DNA of 64,000 nt from contig CATNEN010000030.1 of the NCBI GenBank assembly GCA_950097015.1, forward strand, positions 2,356,001-2,420,000. Direction: 5' to 3'. The notes below the pieces were generated by a model that saw only the letters and a list, made by a program, of their open reading frames with translations, was not told the origin of the DNA and did not search any database. This document shows, piece by piece, positions 25,701 through 38,223 of the stretch. The translations under genes were made by a program, and so were the position numbers. The stretch comes from Macrostomum hystrix. Its lineage: Eukaryota; Animalia; Platyhelminthes. Positions within the stretch are counted from its first letter, which is position 1. Every line of letters begins with the position of its first letter.

Positions 25701-28700
25701 AATCCACATTCCTAGAATCCAGACCCGTATTCTTAGATTCCACACCCACACATTCCTAGAATCCCAACCCGCATTCTCATAATCAGTAAGCAAGAAAGTT
25801 ACTGATACAAGTGACTGCTTAATCGATACTCTTGCTTACTGGTGGCCTGCGCTGAGGCGGCTGAGGTGGCGTTGACAGCGACCTCCACGCCAGCGAAACT
25901 GTTGGCTTTCCAATTGACGGAGCCGCTCGAATAATAGCAGACGCCGTAAGCGAAGTCGATGAAGAACATGGACATGCTGTTCAGCTGATCGGCTAGCCAG
26001 AAATCGGAAAAGGCCACAGGCCGAAACGGGGCCACCAGAATGCGGAACTTGACGGTGAGGAAAAGAGGTCACGTGGCAAGCTGAGACTGGCTGATCTTGT
26101 CTAGCAAAAATCCAGGCAAAGCTCAAATGTGAAAGAGATATTCTAACTAAATGGACCGACGGCGGAACACAAACCTAAGACTGTCTACAGCGAGACGAGA
26201 GGATTTTTCCTGTAAGGCTAATTAGGAGGATTAGAAATGAGGCATAAAATTTTACACGAGTGACTGCGAATGCTTGCATTAGTATTGCTTATGTCGCACT
26301 ATGTAGAACAGCTGACATGCAAAACGGAACGGCCCATGGAATTCTGTGGCCAAGCGTTTGAATTCACACGAGAAAGTAAGCCATAGACAACTCAATCTGT
26401 CATGCTATGTGGAACGATGAGCCAGAATAGAAGGAACCAGATTATATTTCTTTGCAGAAAGAATAAAAACAAGAAGAAACAGAACAGTTTTCTGAGTTGA
26501 ATTCAAATGAATCTTATTTTAAGTCTGAAACTGAAGCATCAAAGTTAAAAAATTTCAAACCCCAAAAAAAGATGTCGTTGCAAACACAATCCAAACAATC
26601 GATTGCAGCGCAGCTCCCAACCAGCGCACTTGTCAGCAGTGATTGCTTGACCAACAGCTTCAGTCGCCTCTCGTTCAAGTAGCATGAATCTCCACTGCTC
26701 AAGTGACACTCCTGGTGGAACTTGCTCATCCTCAACCATGCCGGCTTCCGCCAAACGGTTCTTGAGATTTGACTTCAACGCAGAGTTAGCAAATTCGGTC
26801 GGGTTTAGAAATGGTGAATAGGGGGTAGGATTCGTGTCTGTAGGATTCGTCCTTTTCTGTTCCGATGGTTCTCTCGGATCTCCACATTAATTCTTGAAAC
26901 CTTTGCTGCGTTTGGCCACCTCTCTGGATGACAGAATGCACCAACCCGAACTCCGACGAAATTGCCATGCAAACCGTAACGTTCGGACTCCTTTGGGTTG
27001 TTCACCGTGCGCTTCACTGGGTGTCCGACCTGTCCTGCGACCTCCGGGTCCACAAGTTAAAACCGGTCTCAACTAAGTAGACAGTGTGAACTCCTGGAGC
27101 TAAGTGGAGCATGAAGTTAGCGCATTCGCTTCTGGCGTCCAGGCTTTCAACTCGGTTGGTGTTTAGACGAATATCCGTCCCCTTGGTAGCAAGTTTAACC
27201 GTAAAGAGCAAACCATCCATTGTTCGATCAATTGTTTTAAGGCTCACCTGCGGCTTGTCAGGAAAGCATCCGATCAGCTTCTCAGCCATTGACTTTAGCG
27301 TTAGAAAGGGATTTTGCTGCTCCTTATGTTGTAAAAAATCTCGCATCTCTGCGTCCATTTTGCAGTTTGCTTCCTTGCGTCCTCCACGAGGCGAAGCTTC
27401 CAACCTGCCAGCTTCTTCGAATGTTGACCGAATACGGTGAACAGAAGTTTTGGATACTCCTAACAAGACTGAAACATCCTTCATCGACAGTCCACGGTGC
27501 AAGGCGGCGACGATGCGCTGTCGATCACGTACAGCAATTTGGGGCGCCATTGTTGCTTAACTGATCAAACGAAAGAAAATGAAAGCGTGTTGTTGTCTCT
27601 GAGAAAAGCTAAAATCGTTCCTTCTATTCTGGCTCATCGTTCCACATAGCATGACAGATTGAGTTGTCTATGGCTTACTTTCTCGTGTGAATTCAAACGC
27701 TCGGCCACAGAATTCCATGGGCCGTTCCGTTTTGCATGTCCGCTGTTCCACATAGCGCGACAAAAGCAATACTGAGCAGAACCTATTTCTATAGACAATT
27801 AGTCTAAGAAAAATACTATTTTAGTGTGAATGAGAAGCACACAGTTGAAGATAATTAATATAAAATTTCAGCATCATTATACGTCATAGTTCTACATTTT
27901 CTAAGAAGCAAATACAATTACTATTGCTTGACAATTCGTATTAAAAAGTTTGATTATCGATCCACTTTACAAACTGACACCAGGGTCTTCTACAAGAACC
28001 GCTGAATTTCTCAACGATGCTGACTTCTGACAGCTTTGAAAGTTAGTTCATCGTAAATGGTGGAAACTTTTACTGTATAATGGTGGACTTTCACGAAAAT
28101 CGGTCAGCGTTCCCCCAGGTGAAAAACTGGCATAGACTTTCTACTGTTAAAGCTTTCAGAGAAAGCAGCCATTTGGAAGGTTACCAGAATTCGGCACAGC
28201 CATCGCCTGGACTTGTGCTGGCAGACTGGTAGCGGATTGAGCAAATAGACTGGCAGGAAAGTCCAGGACATGAGAGGCACTGCGTAGGCGGGTAAGCCGG
28301 TCAGCCAGCCGGAGAACACAAACAGTTGCAGAGCGACGCACCAGGCAACAGCCAGCTCACCGCCTGCTCTGAGAATCTCCATGTGGTTCAGGTGATGCCT
28401 GGGATCGATTTCAAAGATCAGGACGTGATTCACACCGGCTGCGCGCCAGCCGTAGGTATTGACGCCAAGCAGGCAGACAAACAGTGGCACCAGAAATGCG
28501 GCGCGGAATAGCCGCAGACCCGGCTCCCATGGCCGGATGCCGGGGCCCAGGTAGAAGGCGCCAACAATTACAGACAGCGACTGCATTGAAAACACGCCGA
28601 ATAGAAAGCCGACTAGAAATGTTGTGCCTGGCTTCTCCTGGAATCAGAGGGTGCGAGAAGGGTGATTGCTGGTGCTCAAATTCGCTAGTTCTGCTGTGGT

Positions 28701-31700
28701 GCTCAAATTGGGATATTCGTTAGTTCTGCTGTGGTGCTCAGGTTGGAATATTCGCTGGTTCAGCTGTGGTGCTCAAATTGGGATATTCGTTAGTTCTGCT
28801 GTGGTGCTCAGGTTGGGATATTCGCTAGTTCTGCTGTGGTGCTCAGGTTGGGGTATTCGCTAGTTCTGCTGTGGTGCTCAGGTTGGGATATTCGTTAGTT
28901 CTTCTGTGGTGCTCAAGTTGGGATATTCGTTAGTTCTTCTGTGGTGCTCAAGTTGGGATATTCGTTAGTTCTTCTGTGGTGCTCAAGTTGGGATATTCGT
29001 TAGTTCTTCTGTGGTGCTCATTTTGGGATATTTTGCTTACCTGACGCACCCAACGCACGTACTCAACACAGCAGCGCAGCGTACCTACTCAACGCATCCA
29101 CCTGCGTACCTACTCCACCCTGCGAACCTACTCCACCCTGCGTACCTACTCCACCCTCCGTACCAACTCCACCCTGCGTACCTACTCCACCCTGCGTACC
29201 TACTCCACCCTGCGTACCTACTCCACCCTGCGTACCTACTCCACCCTCCGTACCAACTCCACCCTGCGTACCTACTCCACCCTGCGTACCTACTCCACCC
29301 TGCGTACCTACTCCACCCTGCGTACCTACTCCACCCTGCGTACCTACTCCACCCTGCGTCAGACACTCAAGAGGCAGTCAGCAGTATTGCTTCGGAAATC
29401 TCAGGTTGGGATATTCGCTGGTTCTGGTGTGATGCTCAGGTTAGGATATTTAGTTTATTATTCGGTTTAGCAATTTCCCTTTTTCTACTCCGTCTAAAAC
29501 GTCCGAAGGGATTAATCCGCACTGATTGTATTTTGCTTGATTCTCTCACCCGCTCAGTTAGCGGTGGCACTCGAAGCCTCTTCATGGCCGTGTGCCGATC
29601 GCCTCGTTCCAGGTCGCCAATGTACACCTGCTCAACCCGGTCAATGAATTCCGTGACATCTTTGCTGACATTGAAGCGGGCCGATTCCACGTTGCGCACG
29701 CGCCACTGGTAGCCAGATGACAGGCCGAATATCTGAGTGGGCAGCGGACACAAGTAGGCCAATTGAAAGCTCGAATGACTTGGCCCTTCAGATCTTCGAG
29801 AAACTCCTGAAGCTACCCTCCTGATCCTCCATAAAGCTGAAGCTACCCTCCTCTTCCTCCATAAAGCTGAAGCTACCCTCCTCTTCCTCCATAAAGCTGA
29901 AGCTACCCTCCTCTTCCTCCATAAAGCTGAAGCTACCCTCCTCTTCCTCCATAAAGCTGAAGCTACCCTCCTCTTCCTCCATAAAGCTGAAGCTACCCTC
30001 CTCTTCCTCCATAAAGCTGAAGCTACCCTCCAGATCCTCCATAAAGCTGAAGCTACCCTCCTGATCCTCCATAAAGCTGAAGCTACCCTCCTGATCCTCC
30101 ATAAAGCTGAAGCTACCCTCCTGATCCTCCATAAAGCTGAAGCTACCCTCCTGATCCTCCATAAAGCTGAAGCTACCCTCCTCTTCCTTCAGTTAGCTGA
30201 AGCTACCCTCCTGATCCTCCATAAAGCTGAAGCTACCCTCCTGATCCTCCATAAAGCTGAAGCTACCCTCCTGATCCTCCATAAAGCTGAAGCTACCCTC
30301 CTGTTCCTTCAGTTAGCTGAAGCTACCCTCCTGTTCCTTCAGTTAGCTGAAGCTACCCTCCTGTTCCTTCAGTTAGCTGAAGCTACCCTCCTGTTCCTTC
30401 AGTTAGCTGAAGCTACCCTCCTGTTCCTTCAGTTAGCTGAAGCTACCCTCCTGTTCCTTCAGTTAGCTGAAGCTACCCTCCTGTTCCTTCAGTTAGCTGA
30501 AGCTACCCTCCTGTTCCTTCAGTTAGCTGAAGCTACCCTCCTGTTCCTTCAGTTAGCTGAAGCTACCCTCCTGTTCCTTCAGTTAGCTGAAGCTACCCTC
30601 CTGTTCCTTCAGTTAGCTGAAGCTACCCTCCTGTTCTTTCTGTTAGCTGAAGCTACCCTCCTGTTCCTTCAGTTAGCTGAAGCTACCCTCCTGCTCCTTC
30701 AGTTAGCTGAAGCTACCCTCCTGTTCCTTCAGTTAGCTGAAGCTACCCTCCTGTTCCTTCAGTTAGCTGAAGCTACCCTCCTGCTCCTTCAGTTAGCTGA
30801 AGCTACCCTCCTGTTCCTTCAGTTAGCTGAAGCTACCCTCCTGTTCCTTCAGTTAGCTGAAGCTACCCTCCTGTTCCTTCAGTTAGCTGAAGCTACCCTC
30901 CTGTTCCTTCAGTTAGCTGAAGCTACCCTCCTGTTCCTTCAGTGAGCATAAGCAAGACGATTTTTGTCAATCACATTACTGCTTTGACTAAAAGCAGAAG
31001 GGCCGAAAATACTGATGCTATGATGAACCTCTCTCTGCTCGCCCATGAACGACAAACGGAGGTAATAGGGAGACTCGGGTGGAAGGGAGAATTGTATCGC
31101 GGCCTAGTTAGGGTCACGTGAAATGCAAAACCTTTGAGCCCTAACTATGCACTATTGGAGTTGCCATGAAGGCTTTTCTAATTTAGCAACCTACTATAGA
31201 AGACGGAAGGACTTAAAAAGGGACGCATTTCGTCCTCTTATCGATTTTCTGTATAGGAACTTTTGGAGTCCTACACTCAAACTAACAAACCTTGTCATGC
31301 TTCTTTAGTATCTTGCGAAAGCCAGTGAAGTTAAGCGTCTGATAATTCTGCAATAGGATCAGATTTAAATAGAACTCCTGGAAGGCCAGCTTGATCTCTT
31401 GCAGTTTTCGGACCCGTCCGCGTCGTTTTTTCAAATCGCGATAGCGGCGAATCATGGCACCAGGCAGCACAAGGCCAACGCCTTCAGCGTGCAGCTTCTC
31501 AGCGGCCAGTTGCTGTTTGAAAGTCTTGTACTCGGACAGTTCCTGCTCTAGGTCCTTTAGGCGGCGCTTTGCCTCGGCCACTTTCTCTTCAAAGAAGTCG
31601 TTAATTTTGCCCAGCTCCTCCTGACACATGCCGTAGAATTTTTCGTCTTTGGTCATGAAGTAGGCCAGCCGAGCCTCCTCATCTGTTGGGCCGGGGTGAG

Positions 31701-33334
31701 GTTGCGGTGCGGTCTTTGGCGCAAAGGTGTGATATGCTACTCACTGGTGTGATATGCTACTCATTGGTGTGATATGCTGCAAATTGCTGTGATATGCTAC
31801 TCACTGGTGTGATTTGCTACTCATTGGTGTGATATGCTACTCATTGGTGTGATATGCTGCAAATTGGTGTGATATGCTACTCATTGGTGTGATATGCTGC
31901 AAATTGGTATGATATGCTACTCATTGGTGTGATTTGCTACTCATTGGTGTGATATGCTGCAAATTGGTGTGATATGCTACTCATTGGTGTGATATGCTGC
32001 AAATTGGTATGATATGCTACTCATTGGTATGATATGCCACTCACTCGTGTGATACACTGCTCACTGGTGTGATATTCTTCTCACTGGTGTGATATTCTAC
32101 TCATTGGTGTGATATGCTACTCATTGGTGTGATATGCTACTCATTGGTGTGATATGCTACTCATTGGTGTGATATTCTACTCATTAGTGTGATATGCTAC
32201 TCATTGGTGTGATATATGCTACTCCCTGTGTGATAAGCTACTTCCTGTGTGATATGCTACTTCCTGTGTGATATGCAACTCATTGGTGTGATATGCTACT
32301 CCCTGTGTGATAAGCTACTTCCTGTGTGATATGCTACTTCCTGTGTGATATGCTACTTCCTGTGTGATATGCTACTTCCTGTGTGATATGCTACTTCCTG
32401 TGTGATATGCTACTTCCTGTGTGATATGCTACTTCCTGTGTGATATGCTACTTCCTGTGTGATATGCTACTTCCTGTGTGATATGCTACTTCCTGTGTGA
32501 TATGCTACTTCCTGTGTGATATGCTACTTCCTGTGTGATATGCTACTTCCTGTGTGATATGCTACTTCCTGTGTGATATGCTACTTCCTGTGTGATATGC
32601 TACTTCCTGTGTGATATGCTACTTCCTGTGTGATATGCTACTTCCTGTGTGATATGCTACTTCCTGTGTGTATGTGCATTGTAGAGAGAATATGCCTAGC
32701 AACGCAAGAAGAGACATGCTTTTGCAGAATGCCGCAGGTTTTAACTAGACTAACCATAACTATTGAAAACAATTAATGAGTTTGGCTAAAAAATACAATT
32801 GGTAAAGCAATTCTCCTGCACACTGCTGGCTAAGAATGTGAGCCTCACTGCTCAGAATTCGGCATAAAGGCCGAGCGCGGTAATTTCCATCTGTTGCTGT
32901 CTGGCTAGTTGGAAGGGCAGACACTTGTTATAGTCTTATATACTTCTCAGTTCTCACTGGGGTGATGTTCCACTCATTGGTGTGATATGCTACTCATTGG
33001 TGTGATATGCCACTCATTGGTGTGATATGCTACTCATATGTGTATTTTGCTCACTGTTGTGCAGTGTGAATATTTCTACAAAAATACAGTATAACACTGT
33101 ATCAGCCAATTAATATATTACCTGATTCAGTAGGAGTTTCATTCAAGCACTTATACAAAAAGTCCTTCAGATCCTGAAACACAAATACAGTGATACTTGA
33201 TGTTTCTGGCATAATATACTCTCGAATTTTATATCAGATGATTGTTTACTATAGTTTTTACTTACATCATATTTAATGTATTGAGTTCGCCATTCTGGAG
33301 TAAGATGTGCCTGGAGATGTTCAGCAAACTTCAT
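22740..33334 (-). CDS. XPR1: SPX-EXS phosphate exporter (XPR1/SYG1 family), complete 9-exon model
   Basis: Phase-consistent exons 33334-33266 ([23 protein letters not shown]), 33173-33122, 31682-31291 ([22 protein letters not shown]), 29732-29550 ([10 protein letters not shown]), 28637-28185 ([19 protein letters not shown]), 26047-25840 ([10 protein letters not shown]), 25122-24925 (FVQCLRRY...HLVNAGKY), 24835-24591 (WDIFMDWGL), 23366-22740 ([30 protein letters not shown]). Confidence 0.96.
25300..25790. repeat. 21-bp minisatellite (cgcattcctagaatccaaatc) in an XPR1 intron
   Basis: Tandem units read directly. Confidence 0.92.
26280..27774 (-). mobile_element. IS630-Tc1-mariner DNA transposon, defective, with about 158-bp TIRs, in XPR1 intron 5
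   Basis: 26281-26437 and 27617-27773 are near-perfect reverse complements (agtattgctt...ggcccatggaattctgtggcc...gccagaatagaaggaac). Internal transposase remnants present. Confidence 0.9.
26545..27550 (-). pseudogene. Frameshifted Tc1/IS630-type DDE transposase
   Basis: HTH ([20 protein letters not shown]), VYLVETGFN (first catalytic D appears as V), MAIS...GG...F.E and [12 protein letters not shown] sit in different frames. The second-D region is not found. Confidence 0.85.
28670..29030. repeat. 35-bp minisatellite (gctcaaattgggatattcgttagttctgctgtggt)
   Basis: Tandem units; the same unit recurs at about 29400-29450. Confidence 0.9.
29095..29358. repeat. 18-bp minisatellite (cctactccaccctgcgta)
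   Basis: Tandem units read directly; intronic. Confidence 0.92.
29800..30945. repeat. 30-bp minisatellite in two variant blocks (ctgatcctccataaagctgaagctaccctc, then ctgttccttcagttagctgaagctaccctc)
   Basis: Period 30 is visible in the line layout; intronic. Confidence 0.96.
31725..32670. repeat. 20/19-bp minisatellite (gtgtgatatgctactcattg, then gtgtgatatgctacttcct); fragment again at about 32955-33045
   Basis: Tandem units read directly; intronic. Confidence 0.95.
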
Positions 33335-36272
33335 CACACAAATCACTAGAAAAGAAAATATAGTTTTTAATTGCAGCTTTAAATTATGACACTTAAAAAA
33401 CTGAAAATATATTAATTTAAAGCTATTTTTCAAATACAATATAAGTTAAACCAGAAAAATAGTTTTATAAGACATCACAATGTCTCTAAATATTGTTACA
33501 TGACCATAGAGTAGGTGGCCTAGTTAAATTAGCTAATGAAATGCTTATAGCAAAAAATTTTAATAGGTGAATAATTTAAAACTTAGTAGGCTATAAAACA
33601 TACAAGTTAGGTCCCTACATAGTAAATATGTTGTTTAGATTGCCTAGTCTTGACCTAGCAGTTGGCAACCTCTTACTTAATGGATGCTTACTCAAGGAAC
33701 AAGGGAGTCAGCTAGCTTCCTTCTAAAAATAAGAATAGCTACTTTTTACATAGCTAGCACTTCATTAAAACACATTGCCTTCTGAATTCATAATGTAAAT
33801 ACAGTCCCCAATATGCTTATCACAGTGACATGCTTCTTAAAATGTAATAAATGTGAATTTACACATAAAAACATATAAGTTAATATAACTTTAAAATACT
33901 GAACATCTCATTTTAATGCCTAGAAGTATACTAATATTTCAACATGAAGACTTGAGAGCTAACTTTCATCAGATAGAATGATATAAATAGGTATTTCAAC
34001 TAGTTTGACAGATCTCAGTTCAAATTAAATATGAGAAGTACAAGTTCTAAAGTATACAATAATCTCATACTAAAATATTGAAAAGTATAGATATTTCGAT
34101 TCCATTTGAACTCAATCGATAATTAATACATCTTAAAATTTCTATTGTTAGTATCAATATGAACTAAAAAACTTTTTATTAAACAAAAATGTAAGTCAAA
34201 TGTAAATGAAGATGTCTTAATTGACACAAAAAGCTTTCAAAAATGAGTATAGAAAACTATTGATAATGAATACACGGCCAGCTATCACCAAATGAAAGTT
34301 TTACTACTCGGATTAGCCACATATAAAAATGCTTAGGCCTGTACATTCGTCATTAGCAAAGCATTGTAGAAATTATAATTTGGGATTCCTTATAGCCAAC
34401 AATAGCTTGCTATAGTTTTAATGACTATAGTTTTGGCACTCATTAAGGATTTTAGACGATAAGAACTAAAGGAGCAGCTTTATTTTAATTTTTATACACT
34501 AGACTACTACTATTAAGTTCACCAAGTTCGACATTGATAGAAACACACATGTCTTGAGCACTGTAAATCATGGAAAATAAAACGAAGTTTTGAAAAATCG
34601 CTTTAAACTTTTCATGACAAAGAAAAACAATTAAGTACAATGATACAACAAGGAAAATTACTGAGCAAGTGTGATTCACCAACCAATCGTTTCTTAACAT
34701 TTTTAATTTCATGTTTATGTGCAGTGTAATTCGTACACCTAGGTTATAGTAAATAAATACCGGCGTTGGGGCGTTTCTTTTTCACAATATATAGAAAAAA
34801 TGAAAAAGGCTGAGTAGGTAAGACATACGTGCCCTCTATGAGAGGACACAGATGCTTATCAACTGAGCAGATATTTTTGCCTACTGCATTTATACTAAGC
34901 ATTGCCTACTGCATGGGGATGCTAATTACCGCTATGAAAAACGTATTGCCAGTACACACTAGAGTACTCGTCATATGTTTATCCATGCAATGTAATGGCA
35001 GCAGCGCAGCACAGCATATGGAAACATTAAAAGGCTTTCTAGTATAATATATCCATCCTTTTTTATCGTAATTCTTTAAATTACGTTTGGACATGAGAAT
35101 ATCTGGAATTATAAATATAATTAGACCCGCAAAATTAAATCTCCAAAAATATAATAAGTGCAGGTGTACTATTGTTAAGATCGCTGTTATAGGCAACAAC
35201 ATCAAGGAAAACATTTTGAACAGGCCTCCAAGCTATCCATGCGCTTAATCATAGGAGAAACTAATAAGGTTCCTGGTCCTAGATCTGTTCTTGATCAGCA
35301 CCGAAAAAGTATATAGAGAGACAAAGATAGGAACGATCGAAACACAAAAAATATTATTTCAATGTGCGCGCAAAAATTTGACCCGTTTTTTATTTCGAAT
35401 CATGACTGTGTGGGCCAGGGATAAGAAAAAAAGAGAAGCAATTTCCAGCAAACCCTTACGAAACTATATAGTTTGCATGGCTTTCGAGAAGCCATGCAGT
35501 CAACCAAAAAAGTTTTCATGAATGCAAAAGCCTGGGGCCGGGTACACAACGGCCACTTCGCGGGACCGGCGTGTAACTCTCTTGGTGCGCAATTCTGGGA
35601 CCTCTTTACTTTTTCTCTCCACACGTCTTCCTCTACAGCAGCTAGATTCGCTACGTATAAAGATTCACAAAGTTGTTGCTTTATTCTGCAGTTATGAAAA
35701 CTCATGCCTCAGACTGAGTAGCATATGGAATTAGCTCTCGGCTAGCCAAATTGTCGAACGATTCGCGTGTTCACTGAACTATAACACAAGCGGCTTGCGT
35801 TTTGACAGTCACGAGTGCTTCTCATAAAACTAGGTGTGTTATAAGTGAAACATATCAGTGCCTTGTGACTATATGGCTGTGTCGCTCAGCGAATCGTTAA
35901 AATCAAGACACAACCCAGAAAAAGCGGCCAATTTATAAAGTCGCACGCAATAAATGATTTGCGCATACTATATAATTTAGCTATAAAAACAAATCTTTGT
36001 TTAAGTTTCTATGCGCTTAAGTAGCCAGTAGCTCAAGACTGCTGTCAATTGAAACAAAAGTGAGGCAAGCAGTTATTTTGGTTAGGATTGTAACACTTTT
36101 AATGGGTGTATTTTCAGAAACCTGCTGCATGTAAATATGCTCGCATTACAATGAGTTCTTCTAATGAGTGAAATGTACTAAAATAGCATGGCAATAAGAT
36201 GCAGTGCACTACTGTCCAGCACGAACGCCAGATTTGAGAAATGTTCAAGGGCGCCCTGCAGCAGGCCTTGAC

Positions 36273-37294
36273 TCAGGGCGGGCTCGCCGTTGAAGATTTA
36301 CGGCTGCCTGGCCCTCTAGCGGGCATCGGCACCACAATGATGGGCAGGTGGGCGTGGTGCAGCAGGTAGTCGGACACGCTGCCTAGGAAGGTGCGTCGAA
36401 GGGTTCCGTGACCCCGACTGCCCAACAGAATGAGGTCGGCGCGTTCCTCTTTGGCCACTTCGACAATAGCCGGCCCGGCCTGATTGCTCATCTTCTCCAC
36501 GAACTTGGTGGCATTGTGCAGGCCGAGGCGCTGGCACCTGCGATGGCAAAGCGAAGGGGCATCCAATGTAGCGCATGTAGCTGAAATCACTGTATAAGCC
36601 ATGCACCGTGCTAAGCGACGTCACTGTTCTAAGACGCAGTCCTAAAAGTAACGTCACTGTCATAAGACACTGTCCTAAGAGTGACGTCACTTTTATAAGT
36701 GACGAGCCTGTGGATGACTATGACGTCACTCTTGCTTTGGATAGTGACGTCATAGTTTTGAATGTACAGAGAGTGACGCCACTGTTCTAAGACTTCCTTA
36801 AAGTGACGTCACTATCGTAAGACACTGTCCTAAGAGTGACGTTATATTCTAACACAGTCTTAGAAGGGACGTCAGTTTTTTAAGTGACGAGATACTGATG
36901 ACAGTGAAATCGCTCTTTCCTTTAATAGTGACGTCATCATTTTGAGGGTTCGAAGAATTACGTCACTTTTTCTACGAATAAATTCACATATGACGCCAGT
37001 AGTTTAACGATGACGTCACTGTAAGCACGCCCGAAGATTTCCGACTCACCTGGCCCGAATTCGCTTGCCCAGCTCCTTGCCCTGCTCCAGGACCTCTCGC
37101 ATCATGCCGGAGTAGGCCTCGGACTCGGCTAGCAGGCTGGCGCCGGTGCCTCTTGGCAGGTTGGGCGGCTCGGCGGCGTAGGGAAAGATCAGCTGATCGG
37201 TTTCCCGGTGGGCGTGGCTGGCGTAATAGTCCAGCGCCAGGAAGCTGTTCTCGCTGCCGTCTATGGCAATCAGCACCCGACGATCTGACGACAT
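36273..37294 (-). CDS. Universal stress protein (UspA family), two exons
   Basis: Exon 37294-37050 (MSSDRRVLIAIDGSENS...) ends AG|GTGAGT in phase 2. Exon 36537-36273 carries DLILLGSRGHGTLRRTFLGSVSDYLLHHA, the G-2x-G-9x-GS ATP-binding motif. Confidence 0.93.
36610..37025. repeat. Degenerate repeat built around GTGACGTCAC palindromes in the USP intron
   Basis: Six exact TGACGTCA octamers (36682, 36721, 36745, 36804, 36929, 37011) plus several near-matches. Confidence 0.75.
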
Positions 37295-38223
37295 TGGTGC
37301 TCTAAAATGGATCGAGCTTCTTCGATAGAGCAGAGAGAAGTGAGGAAATGATGCTTGAAAGGCCAAGATAGCTTTAGTTCGTGCAGTTTTTATTTACTTC
37401 ACTCTCCAGCCAGCACCCTTTCCCTTGTCAGTGTTCTTTAAAAACACTCGGCCGCTTATCTTGTTGCCCTGTTTTGCTTTTTTATTCAATGACTATAGTG
37501 ACTAAAACGAATAGAAAAAGGGTCATCATTTTAGCATAAGATTTCCATTTCCGAATTGTAGGCAAAGAAAAATAAATTTTAAAAGGTAAAAAAGTCTGAC
37601 GCAGTCACTGGGAGCAGGCTAATTTACATTAATTCATATTCATTTAATGATATATTATTCAATAGGTCAGTAGTCACCTGTTTTGGCACCTTATCGCGTT
37701 GTTGTTGATTTCGGCTTATCAGTGAAAGCAAGTGACTAAGCTTGTTTTTTGTGCCGAATTATAATTAGGAGCGAATGAATTAAACTATGTTTTCTAGTTG
37801 AATCGGTCATGCCTACTTCATTTAGTCAGCAATTTAAAGTCAGACAGATTTAACGGACTAAATTCAAACTCTATTTTTTAGCTAGCAATGCTTCAAAAAG
37901 TCTCAGATTTGCGAGTCGATTCTTCAACGAAAATGAGAATCATATTTTTGAATTAGAGTTAGAAATTATATATTATAAATTATATAGAGCCAACTAACAT
38001 GGTCTAGTAACAAATCAGCCGAATATACCGATAGTGTTTTTGCAATGTACGAGTATATATAACTCTTTTCTGAAGATGCATAATAAACAAAGCGTTAGAT
38101 GTGTATTAATAGGCATCGCGTAAAGGTTCATTGTAGCTGAATAGTTGTTTTGGTTATTGGGCTGTTTATTATGTTGCCGTTAGGTTGTTGCTAAGCTGTT
38201 GCTATGCTATTGCTAGGCTGTTG

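Noticed and set aside
29788-30162. Acidic [10 protein letters not shown]-repeat ORF
   Set aside because: Translation of a 30-bp intronic minisatellite of XPR1.
35400-35705. 101-aa minus-strand ORF (EEDVWREKVKRSQ...)
   Set aside because: No convincing family motif. More likely the promoter or 5'-UTR region of XPR1.
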